A stretch of DNA of 32,000 nt. Origin: Polyangiales bacterium. GTDB lineage: Bacteria > Myxococcota_A > Polyangia > Polyangiales > Polyangiaceae. The stretch is taken from NCBI GenBank assembly GCA_038231275.1, contig JBBRLQ010000049.1:9141-41140 (forward strand), written 5' to 3'. The notes under the pieces were generated by a model, which worked only from the letters and a program-made list of their open reading frames with translations, was not told the origin of the DNA and ran no database searches. Shown piece after piece: positions 1 to 7,142 of the stretch. Numbering within the stretch: position 1 is the stretch's first letter; every line of letters starts with the position of its first letter. Both the position numbers and the translations under genes were made by a program.

Positions 1-1625
1 GGTGTCCGCATCGTCTCCATCGGCGCGCGCGAGAAGATCACCTCGCGCTCGGCGCGCGCGACGCTGTGGGTCTTGTGGTACTGCGGGTAGTCGTCGGGAT
101 CGTACGCGTCGCCGTATTCCGCGAGCGCGTAGGCGACGCCGCCCTCGTCCTGGAAGCGCGAGATCGTCGCGAGCTTGGAGTAAATCTGCTGGTTGGGGTT
201 CCAGCGGTTGTTCTCCTTCTTGTCGTCCACGAGGATGACGTTGTGGCTCGTCGACGAGTACGAGTCGTAGTCGCCCGGATCGATCAAGAGCATGTCGCCG
301 CCGCGCGCGATCTCGAAGTGCCCCTGATCGAGGTGCTGGTGATCGCCGAAGAAGGCGGTCGACACGAGGGAGAGCCAGGTGGCGCGATCGGTCCAATCGG
401 AGCGCGCGAAGACGGTGCCGGTGCCCTTCGCCCAGTAGCTCGTCGGGCCGCGGCGCGGATCTTCGGAGACGCGGCCGGGCTCGTCGCCGAGAGCCTTCAG
501 CCAGTTCCACACAGGCTCGCCGGGCCGCTTGGCGAGGCGTCCGAGCCACACGGCATTTCGCGCGACCGGATCGTCCTTCGGGAGCGCCATCGCGACGCCG
601 TAGAACTGCTGCGGGAACGGCGTCGCCGGCTTGTGCGACCAGTCGGCGTTGTCGTACGTGTGGACGCCGTCGGGGAGGAGGCCGTGGTTCTGGAACGCGA
701 TCGAGTCGCGGAGCCACGGCAGATCGAGCGCCATCTTCGCGGGGCCGCCCGTGGTCGCGCGCCCTTCCGCGTCGGCGTAGATGCCGAGCACGGCGCCGAT
801 GAGCCGCGCGTACTGCCAGCCCTCGGGGTAGTCGCCGCCTGCTAGCCGCGTGCGGTAGCCGGGCACGATGATCTTGTTCCAGACCTCGCGCGCGTGCTTG
901 CGCATCTCGGTGCCGCTGGCCTTCGTCGCCTCGTCGCCGTCGCACGCCACGCCGCCCATTCCGGCAGCGCCGAAGTAGCCCATGAAGTGGTTCGACCACG
1001 GCTCGGTCGGGCGGTAGCCGCCCTTCTTGTACCAAGAGACGTACGTGCGGAGGCGCGTGCACGCATGCTTTCGCTGCGCGTCGTCGAGATCGTCGAAGAG
1101 CCAGTCGTAGGCGATCGCCGCGAGGAAGCCGACGTTGCGGATCGCGTAGCCGTCGTCGCGCTCGCAGGACTTGTCGCCGCCCTTCTTGTCGCCGACCTCG
1201 GTCTGATCGTCGAAGAGCGCGTTCATGTAGCGGATGGCGCTTTTGGTGTAGTCTGCACGCTTCAGGATCTTGCCGCACAGCGCCGAGTCGAGGGCCATGT
1301 TCGCCCAGTCCTCGCCCATGTGGCCGCTCGATATTTTCTTACCGAGGCCTTCGTCGCAGTTCTGCTGGAGGATCGTCCAGCTCGGGTGGTTCGCGCGAGA
1401 GAGCGCCTCGAGGCCGCTCATGCGATCGCTCGTGAGGAGGATCCGCGGGTGGGTGCCGAGCTTGAAGTCGGTGGTGAGCGGCAACGTGCCCTCGGGACCC
1501 GAAGGCAACGGCGCGGCGGTGGCCGGAGTCTCGCTGCTCATCCCGGGGAAGCGCTCGCCGCGATGGCACGACGCGATCGCGACGGCGACGGTGGCCGCCG
1601 AGAGGAGGAGGAGCGCGGAGCGCAT
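1..1625 (-). CDS. Heparinase II/III-like polysaccharide lyase family lipoprotein; C-terminus lies beyond the left window edge
   Basis: Absent from the ORF track because it has no stop inside the window. Hand translation from ATG at 1625-1623 gives MRSALLLLSAATVAVAIASC (lipobox IASC), then AIAYDWLFDDLDD, YPEGWQYARL and FFGDHQHLDQGHFEIARGGDMLLIDPGDY. The last matches the H-x-H-x-D-x-G-x-F core of heparinase II/III C-terminal domains. The frame is open down to position 3. Track ORFs 66..845(+) and 894..1634(+) are its antisense shadows. Confidence 0.75.
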   Translation of the reverse strand, partial: MRSALLLLSAATVAVAIASCHRGERFPGMSSETPATAAPLPSGPEGTLPLTTDFKLGTHPRILLTSDRMSGLEALSRANHPSWTILQQNCDEGLGKKISSGHMGEDWANMALDSALCGKILKRADYTKSAIRYMNALFDDQTEVGDKKGGDKSCERDDGYAIRNVGFLAAIAYDWLFDDLDDAQRKHACTRLRTYVSWYKKGGYRPTEPWSNHFMGYFGAAGMGGVACDGDEATKASGTEMRKHAREVWNKIIVPGYRTRLAGGDYPEGWQYARLIGAVLGIYADAEGRATTGGPAKMALDLPWLRDSIAFQNHGLLPDGVHTYDNADWSHKPATPFPQQFYGVAMALPKDDPVARNAVWLGRLAKRPGEPVWNWLKALGDEPGRVSEDPRRGPTSYWAKGTGTVFARSDWTDRATWLSLVSTAFFGDHQHLDQGHFEIARGGDMLLIDPGDYDSYSSTSHNVILVDDKKENNRWNPNQQIYSKLATISRFQDEGGVAYALAEYGDAYDPDDYPQYHKTHSVARAEREVIFSRAPMETMRT

Positions 1626-1691
1626 GGCGAGTAGAGATAGTCGCCCCGGCCGCCCGGGTCGAGAGGCAGGCATGGTAGACTTTTCGCCCTC

Positions 1692-2651
1692 ATGAGGCAC
1701 ACGGCCACATTCGCCTTCGCGGCGATCGGCGTCGCGGGCGTGCTCGCGCCACTGGCGGCGTGCGGGCTCGACCTCACCGGCGATCTCGGCCCGGACGACG
1801 GAGGCGCGGGGGACGTCTCGGTCGACGCGCGCGACGCGACGGCCGAGGGCGCTCCGATCGACGGGACCACGAACGACGCCGAAGGCGACGGCGCGGCCGA
1901 CGACGGAAACGGCGGGAACGACGTCGTGGCGATCGACACCGGCGTCGACGCTCCTCCCGACGTCGCGGTCGACGGCGGACCGTGCGCGCTGGCCGACGGA
2001 GGCGCCGGCGTCACGTGCGGCGGCGCGTGCGTGGACCCGACCGATCACGATCATTGTGGCGGCTGCACGCCGTGCGCCGCGCATGCGGCATGCGAGAACG
2101 GCGCGTGCGTCAACGTCGCGGCCTCGCTCGTCGCCTTCCGCTACGAGCAGCCGTGCACCAGCTTGATGCGACCCTACTGCGCCACCAACACAGGGCTCCA
2201 GACGAAGACCGCGACGCTCACCGGCACCCTCGCCAAGGTCTACGTTCTCACGGTCCACGTGCGCGGTGTCGTCGAGCAAAAGACGATCAACGGGAGCCTC
2301 GCGGGCGGCGCGACCGGCACGAACGCCGGCTTCTTCGTCCTCGGCGGCACCCCGGCGACCGACGGATGGAACACGTACGCGATGGCCGTGAGCGCGCCTT
2401 CTTCAAAGGTGTTCTTCAACGCCGGGGCGTCGAACCACGACTACTGCGATCCGCTCGACTACCACGCGAAGCTCAGCGCGAGCGGCAGCGCGACGTTGAC
2501 GTTCACCGCCGATCCCGCCGACGCGTTCGAGGCGGCGAACCGTGACTCGACGGGCACGGCGATCGTGATCCCCGGAATCCCGCCGGCGCCGCTGCCCTAC
2601 AACGGGCAATTCATCCAGCTCGACGTCGAGTCGGTGCGACTCGGGCCGTAG
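1692..2651 (+). CDS. Secreted lipoprotein with Asp/Gly-rich linker, Cys-rich module and C-terminal beta-rich domain (function unknown)
   Basis: The N-terminus MRHTATFAFAAIGVAGVLAPLAAC has a lipobox (LAAC). A Cys cluster follows: CGGACVDPTDHDHCGGCTPCAAHAACENGACV. GC3 is high. Divergent from the lyase gene, 66 bp away. Confidence 0.7.
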   Translation: MRHTATFAFAAIGVAGVLAPLAACGLDLTGDLGPDDGGAGDVSVDARDATAEGAPIDGTTNDAEGDGAADDGNGGNDVVAIDTGVDAPPDVAVDGGPCALADGGAGVTCGGACVDPTDHDHCGGCTPCAAHAACENGACVNVAASLVAFRYEQPCTSLMRPYCATNTGLQTKTATLTGTLAKVYVLTVHVRGVVEQKTINGSLAGGATGTNAGFFVLGGTPATDGWNTYAMAVSAPSSKVFFNAGASNHDYCDPLDYHAKLSASGSATLTFTADPADAFEAANRDSTGTAIVIPGIPPAPLPYNGQFIQLDVESVRLGP

Positions 2652-2661
2652 CGTCGTTCGT

Positions 2662-2955
2662 TCAGTCCTCGGGCGACGCGGCGGAGAGCCACGCGCGGCG
2701 GGCTGCGGCGTAGGCGGCGCGCGACGCACGCGCGATGTTCTCGTGCGGAGGCGACGCGAGGCCGCGCTTGGCGAGCTCGGGGCCGAGCTTCTGGAGGACC
2801 AGGACGCGCGCTTCCGCGAGCGTCCCCGGCCATCCGCCTTCCATGGCGCGCCCTTCACGGCGCAACGTCTCACGCCACGACGCCACCCACGAGGTGGCGA
2901 CGCTACGGACGCACTCCTCGAGGACCGCGTCGCCAGCGGCGGCGGCGACGGTCAC
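2662..2955 (-). CDS. Hypothetical 97-aa protein, last gene of the RRM operon
   Basis: The GTG start overlaps the upstream stop as GTGA (2952-2955). High GC3 and non-shadow composition (MTVAAAAGDAVLEECVRSVATSWVASWRETLRREG...). I recognise no family. Confidence 0.5.
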   Translation of the reverse strand: MTVAAAAGDAVLEECVRSVATSWVASWRETLRREGRAMEGGWPGTLAEARVLVLQKLGPELAKRGLASPPHENIARASRAAYAAARRAWLSAASPED

Positions 2956-3152
2956 GGCTCGGCCGGCTCGGCCGGCTCGGCCAGGGGCTGCGGTCCGGGA
3001 ATGATGCCCGCGATGTCCGGATCTTCGCCCGGCGCGCCCTCGGGTCGGTCGCCCTTGGTGCGCTTTCGCTCTTCCTTCTTCGCGGCCTTGTCGCGCTGCT
3101 TTTCTTGGCGCTGCCGTTCCTTTTGACGTTTTACGAAGCTGGTGCTCGACAC
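2952..3152 (-). CDS. Small highly charged (K/R/E-rich) 66-aa protein
   Basis: GTG start at 3152 is preceded by GAGGTG. Sequence is MSSTSFVKRQKERQRQEKQRDKAAKKEERKRTKGDRPEG...AEPAEPAEP. GC3 is high and Lys is mostly AAG. Lies 27 nt downstream of the preceding gene. Confidence 0.5.
   Translation of the reverse strand: MSSTSFVKRQKERQRQEKQRDKAAKKEERKRTKGDRPEGAPGEDPDIAGIIPGPQPLAEPAEPAEP
2956..2982. repeat. Perfect 9-bp x3 tandem repeat (GGCTCGGCC)3 encoding AEP-AEP-AEP at the C-terminus of the 66-aa protein
   Basis: Read directly from the sequence: ggctcggcc ggctcggcc ggctcggcc. Confidence 0.9.
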
Positions 3153-3179
3153 TTCACACCTCGAATTCTGCGCGCTCGC

Positions 3180-3578
3180 TCATGCGCGGTACACCGCGGT
3201 GGCCACGTAGCGCAGGATTCGCCCGCAGTGCGACGAGCGCACGCTGCCCTGGCACACGTCTTCGCCCTCGAACGACGCGGTGCGCTCTCGGAGCGCCCTC
3301 ATGACCGGATACGTGATGTCGTGCCCACCGTCGACACACGAAGGATCCCCGCACGGGATCTCGAAATGCGCCGGCGCCGAGGCCAGCTGGACCCGACGCG
3401 TGTGCGTCGTCGATCCCGCGGCCTCGCCCCGGTGCTCGGAGAGCTCGAGGTTCAAGGACTCCAGCTCCGGGATCTCGACCGTGAGCCGCGGAGCCTCGTC
3501 CTCGCGACGGCGCCGATCGGCGAATCGCCGGGCGGCCTCCGTCTGCTTCTGAGCCCTCATCTGTCGGTGTTCGCTCAC
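3180..3578 (-). CDS. Hypothetical about 132-aa protein with four C-terminal Cys (C-x4-C ... C-x9-C), possible Zn site
   Basis: GTG at 3578-3576 overlaps the RBP stop TGA (3577-3575) as GTGA. Alternative starts are TTG 3581 and ATG 3560. Cys pattern: FEIPCGDPSCVDGGHD...DVCQGSVRSSHCGR. GC3 is high. Confidence 0.6.
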   Translation of the reverse strand: MSEHRQMRAQKQTEAARRFADRRRREDEAPRLTVEIPELESLNLELSEHRGEAAGSTTHTRRVQLASAPAHFEIPCGDPSCVDGGHDITYPVMRALRERTASFEGEDVCQGSVRSSHCGRILRYVATAVYRA

Positions 3579-3940
3579 CAACCGCGGTGTCCACCGCCGC
3601 CGCCGCCGCCGCCACCACCGCCGCTGCGCCGGTTACCGCCGCCGCCGCCGCCGCCACCGCCACCGCCGCCAGGACCACCACCACCACGGCTCTGGCGCTC
3701 CTCGGCCTCGTTGACGCGGAGCGGGCGACCGTCCACGACGGCGCCGTTCATCGTCTCGATCGCCTTCTGCGCGCCCGCGGGGGTGCCCATGGTGACGAAG
3801 CAGAATCCGCGCGACCGACCGGTCTCGCGATCCGTGACGACGTGGACGTCGGTGACCTCGTCAATTTCCGCGAAGACCGCCCGGATGGTCTCCTCGGTGG
3901 AGTTGAACGAGAGATTCCCGACATAAAGACGCTGACCCAT
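3575..3940 (-). CDS. RRM-type RNA-binding protein with Gly-rich C-terminal tail
   Basis: MGQRLYVGNLSF (RNP2-like) and RSRGFCFVTM (RNP1-like), then a tail RGGGGP(G)12NRRS(G)11HRGW. GGAAGAGG lies upstream of the ATG at 3940. Only the C-terminal 121 aa of track ORF 3575..5650 are real. Confidence 0.9.
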   Translation of the reverse strand: MGQRLYVGNLSFNSTEETIRAVFAEIDEVTDVHVVTDRETGRSRGFCFVTMGTPAGAQKAIETMNGAVVDGRPLRVNEAEERQSRGGGGPGGGGGGGGGGGGNRRSGGGGGGGGGGGHRGW

Positions 3941-4339
3941 AGTGACCTCTTCCAGATGGCAGTGACGGCAGTTATCGCGTTTGTCTTTTTTGATCGGACG
4001 AGCCGCTACGTACGATCGCGGGTGACGAACCTTTTTTTCGCCAACCACACGTTTCGTCCCGAGAGCATGAACGCGTTGCCAGTGCCGGGGAGGCCTACAG
4101 CTACGAGTCGATTCGCCGGAAACGGTGACGTGACGAGGGCAGCATAGCGCATTTCGACAAAAAGGCGAGGGACCCTTGCGCCCTCCCGAGGCCCGGATGC
4201 GCGGCGAAACGGCTGCGTTTTGCGCGCTACGGCGAGCCGACGCGTGCTCGTTCGGCAGACGTTTGGAGGGACCGCGGGAGACCTCGGAATCGGGCGGCGT
4301 CGAAGATCTTTTGCTCGGCGCCGCCGTAGAACAGTTCTG

Positions 4340-5812
4340 ATGCTGGTCAGAAAGGTCGCGCTGTGGGCTGCGTTCGGGGTGATCGCGTCGAGCGCCGGCG
4401 CGATGGCCATCCCAGTCCCGTCGAGCACCCGCGCCGCCGAGCTCGAGCTGGGGCCCGAGCCCAAGATCAAGACCGATCTCTCGCACTTCACCGCCGGCCA
4501 GACGCTCCAGATGGACGGCCGGCTCGGTCACGCGACGGTCGCGCAGAACGGCGCGGGCGAGACGTACTTCTTCGCGTCGGTCACCGGCAACGCGCCCGCC
4601 GGCGTGAGCGCGCCGCCGCTGAACCTCGCGATCGTCATCGACCGCTCGGGGTCGATGAAGGGCGATCGCATCTCGAACGCCATCGCCGCGGCGGTCGGCA
4701 TGGTCGATCGCATGCGCGAGGGGGACAGCGTCGCGATCGTGAGCTTCGACACGGAGGCCACGCTGGTGGTGCCGCCGACGTTGACGAAGGCCACGACGCG
4801 CGCGTCGATCGATGCGGCCATCCGTTCCATTCGCCTCGGCGGCGACACGTGCGTCTCGTGCGGGCTCGACGAGGGGATGCGCCAGCTCGATCGGACGTCG
4901 CTCGGGAACGATCGCGTCAACCGGATGATCCTGCTCTCCGACGGGGCGACCAACCACGGCGTGCGCGATCTGCCGGGCCTGCGCGGCATGGCGGGCAGGA
5001 TGCGCGATCGCGGGATCACGATCTCGACGATCGGCGTCGACGTCGACTTCGACGAGCGCGTGATGACGGCGATCGCGTCGGAGGCCAACGGGCAGCACTA
5101 CTTCGTGGAGTCGCCGAGCGGCCTCGCCGCGGTGTTCTCGCGCGAGTTCGACGATCTGCTCGCGTCGATCGCGAGCGACACGGAGCTCGCGATCGATCTG
5201 CCGGCGGGGGTCGTCGTCGATCAGGTGTTCGATCGCCCGTTCCGCACCGAGGGTTCGCGCGTCATCGTCCCGTTCGGGACGTTCAGCGCGAAAGAAGAGA
5301 AGACGGTGCTCATGAAGCTCCGCGTCCCGTCGGCGACGCTCGGCGTGCAGCCGGCCCTCGACGCGAAGCTCACGTACCGCGATCTCTCGACGCAGACGGC
5401 CGGCCTGTGCTCGGGCGCGCTCGCCGTCGTTGTCACGGGTGACGCGAACGCCGCTCAAAAAGACCTGGATCCGTTCGTCGCGACGCGCCTCGAGCGCAGC
5501 CGCACCGCGCAGACGCTCGCCGAGGTGAACCGTCTGTTCGAGGCCGGCCAGGTCACCACCGCCCTCGCGCGGCTCAAGGACCAAGAGGACAACCTCGCGA
5601 AGACCGAGGCCCTGACGCGCCGCGCTCCGCCGCGCCCTGCCGCGCTGCACACGCGGCCGATCGACGAGGACTTGAAGCAGCAGCGCGTCGCCGTTCAGAA
5701 CGCGGGCGCGAGCATCGCACCGCCGAAGGCGCCGGCACCTGCGCCGAGCTCGCGCGCGGGCAAGGTGTCGCGCAAAGAGAACGAGCTGGAGAAGCTCGAC
5801 TTCTGGCGCTGA
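4340..5812 (+). CDS. Secreted von Willebrand factor type A (VWA) domain protein
   Basis: Start chosen at MLVRKVALWAAFGVIASSAGAMA (signal peptide). MIDAS DRSGSM (DxSxS) plus LLSDGATNHG. YfbK-like downstream region. The coiled, charged C-terminus ends ...ENELEKLDFWR. Confidence 0.85.
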   Translation: MLVRKVALWAAFGVIASSAGAMAIPVPSSTRAAELELGPEPKIKTDLSHFTAGQTLQMDGRLGHATVAQNGAGETYFFASVTGNAPAGVSAPPLNLAIVIDRSGSMKGDRISNAIAAAVGMVDRMREGDSVAIVSFDTEATLVVPPTLTKATTRASIDAAIRSIRLGGDTCVSCGLDEGMRQLDRTSLGNDRVNRMILLSDGATNHGVRDLPGLRGMAGRMRDRGITISTIGVDVDFDERVMTAIASEANGQHYFVESPSGLAAVFSREFDDLLASIASDTELAIDLPAGVVVDQVFDRPFRTEGSRVIVPFGTFSAKEEKTVLMKLRVPSATLGVQPALDAKLTYRDLSTQTAGLCSGALAVVVTGDANAAQKDLDPFVATRLERSRTAQTLAEVNRLFEAGQVTTALARLKDQEDNLAKTEALTRRAPPRPAALHTRPIDEDLKQQRVAVQNAGASIAPPKAPAPAPSSRAGKVSRKENELEKLDFWR

Positions 5813-5836
5813 CGGCTTCTGACTGTGCGCGCCCGC

Positions 5837-6859
5837 TCACACGAGCTTGACGAGCTGCTTGCCGAAGTTCTTTCCCTTCAGCATCCCGAGGAGCGCGGCG
5901 GGTGCGCTCTCGAGCCCTTGCGCGACCGACTCCCTGTACTTGAGCGCGCCGCTCGCGACGGAGGCGCCCAGCTCCGCGAGCGCCTTCGGCCACGATGACA
6001 GGTGCTCGGAGACGATGAAACCCTGGATTTTCAAGCGTTGCGTCAACATCAGCGCCGGGTACGTGAGAGGCGACGGCGCGCCGTCGTAGGCCGAGATGAA
6101 GCCGCAAAGCGCGATGCGTCCGTGCGCGTTCATGCGCGCGAGCATGGCGTCGAGGATCATTCCGCCGACGTTCTCGAAGTAGCTGTCGACGCCCTCCGGA
6201 GCGGCATCGCGCAAGAGCGCGGCGAAGGCCTTGGCGTCGGGCGCGGATTTGTAGTCGATGCAAACGTCGAAGCCGAGCTCGCCGGTGACGTAGTCGCACT
6301 TGGCCGTGCCGCCCGCGATGCCGACGACGCGGCAACCCTTCGCCTTCGCGAGCTGACCGACGATCCCGCCGACCGCGCCCGACGCCGCGCTGACCGCGAC
6401 GGTCTCGCCGGACTTGGGCGCGCAAATTTCGTTCAAGCCGTACCACGCGGTGATGCCCGGCATGCCGACCGCGCCGAGGTACGCCGGAAGCGGAATGCGC
6501 GTGGTGTCGACCTTGCGAAGCCCGGGCCCCGCGGCGGCCGCGTCGACGACGGCGTGCTCTTGCCAGCCGCCCATGCCCACGACCTTGTCGCCGATCGCGA
6601 ATCCGGCGGCGCGGGTCGCCACGATCTCACCGACGGTGGCGCCGATCATGACCTCGTCGAGTGGCTGAGGTGCCGCGTACGACTTCTGGTCGCCCATTCG
6701 CCCGCGCATGTACGGGTCGAGCGACAAGTAGTGGTGCCGCACGAGCACCTGACCTTCGACGAGCTCGGGGAGCGGGACGGTCTCGAGACGAAAGTTCCCC
6801 TCCTCCGCGGCCCCCTTGGGGCGCGACGCGAGGACGATGCGCCGATTCTCGACGGTCAT
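5837..6859 (-). CDS. NADP-dependent oxidoreductase, medium-chain dehydrogenase/reductase family (YncB/CurA / alkenal reductase-like)
   Basis: Starts MTVENRRIVLASRPKG. Contains YLSLDPYMRGRM and the nucleotide-binding stretch AASGAVGGIVGQLAKAKGCRVVGIAG. AGGAGG precedes the ATG at 6859. The Phe-rich N-terminal extension in track ORF 5837..7027 is the antisense of the small Lys-rich ORF. Confidence 0.9.
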   Translation of the reverse strand: MTVENRRIVLASRPKGAAEEGNFRLETVPLPELVEGQVLVRHHYLSLDPYMRGRMGDQKSYAAPQPLDEVMIGATVGEIVATRAAGFAIGDKVVGMGGWQEHAVVDAAAAGPGLRKVDTTRIPLPAYLGAVGMPGITAWYGLNEICAPKSGETVAVSAASGAVGGIVGQLAKAKGCRVVGIAGGTAKCDYVTGELGFDVCIDYKSAPDAKAFAALLRDAAPEGVDSYFENVGGMILDAMLARMNAHGRIALCGFISAYDGAPSPLTYPALMLTQRLKIQGFIVSEHLSSWPKALAELGASVASGALKYRESVAQGLESAPAALLGMLKGKNFGKQLVKLV

Positions 6860-6932
6860 GTGAGCCTCCTGGCTTATCTTGTCCGCGCGCCGCCTCCCCG
6901 CGAGGCGCCGCACCCACCAAAGGAGCACGACG

Positions 6933-7031
6933 ATGGCCAAGGGAATCGAGAAGAGCAAGAAGAACAACCAGCCGAAGCTCTCCACCAAGGAGAAGCAGAA
7001 GAAGAAGAAGGAGAAGAAGGCCTCCAAGTAG
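6933..7031 (+). CDS. Candidate 32-aa lysine-rich small protein (below the ORF-track size cut-off)
   Basis: AGGAG (6921-6925) lies 7 nt before the ATG. Sequence is MAKGIEKSKKNNQPKLSTKEKQKKKKEKKASK*. 31 of 32 third positions are G/C and every Lys is AAG, which is a coding-type bias in this genome. Confidence 0.45.
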   Translation: MAKGIEKSKKNNQPKLSTKEKQKKKKEKKASK

Positions 7032-7082
7032 CCCGCGGCTCGCGTGTGTAAGCTCGGGCGGGCGTGGGCGTTTTAGAGCGGA

Positions 7083-7111
7083 GGTCGTTGGCCTGGAACG
7101 GGCCGACGACC
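7083..7111 (+). other. 11-bp-stem hairpin between the small ORF and the VIT-VWA gene
   Basis: GGTCGTTGGCC-tggaacg-GGCCGACGACC, with 10 Watson-Crick pairs plus one G.U. No U-tract follows, so this could be a terminator without a tail or a 5-prime-UTR structure. Confidence 0.4.
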
Positions 7112-7142
7112 AGAGCGACCCACTAGAAGGGGAGAGACACCG

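Noticed and set aside
3587-3926. Poly-Pro and poly-Ala plus-strand ORFs (for example 3105..3926 with PPPPPPPPPPPP).
   Set aside because: They are mirror images of the (GGY)n repeats that encode the Gly tail of the RRM protein on the minus strand.
3955-4147. 64-aa plus-strand ORF MAVTAVIAFVFFDRTSRY... in the RBP/VWA intergenic region.
   Set aside because: Many codons end in A/T (low GC3), unlike every convincing gene here. The region looks like AT-rich promoter or UTR DNA.
4160-4195. Hairpin GAGGG-acccttgcg-CCCTC followed, on the minus strand, by a T5 run, considered as an intrinsic terminator.
   Set aside because: The stem is only 5 bp with a 9-nt loop, and no minus-strand gene lies upstream of it to terminate.
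3941-5650. Upper part of the 691-aa minus-strand ORF 3575..5650, and similar very long ORFs: 6627..8096(-), 12569..14794(-), 16100..17665(-), 17946..19835(+), 20915..22507(+), 23134..24843(+), 15991..17949(+).
   Set aside because: Their translations are dominated by Arg/Ala/Pro/Gly/Asp runs typical of off-frame or antisense reading of high-GC genes. Each overlaps a gene on the other strand or frame that has recognisable motifs. Only the last 121 aa of 3575..5650 (the RRM protein) are real.
6860-7027. N-terminal extension MEAFFSFFFFCFSLVESFGWLFFLLF... of the oxidoreductase ORF 5837..7027.
   Set aside because: It is the antisense of the AAG-rich micro-ORF. A strong AGGAGG precedes the internal ATG at 6859, and homologous MDR reductases start at MT..N..I.L.
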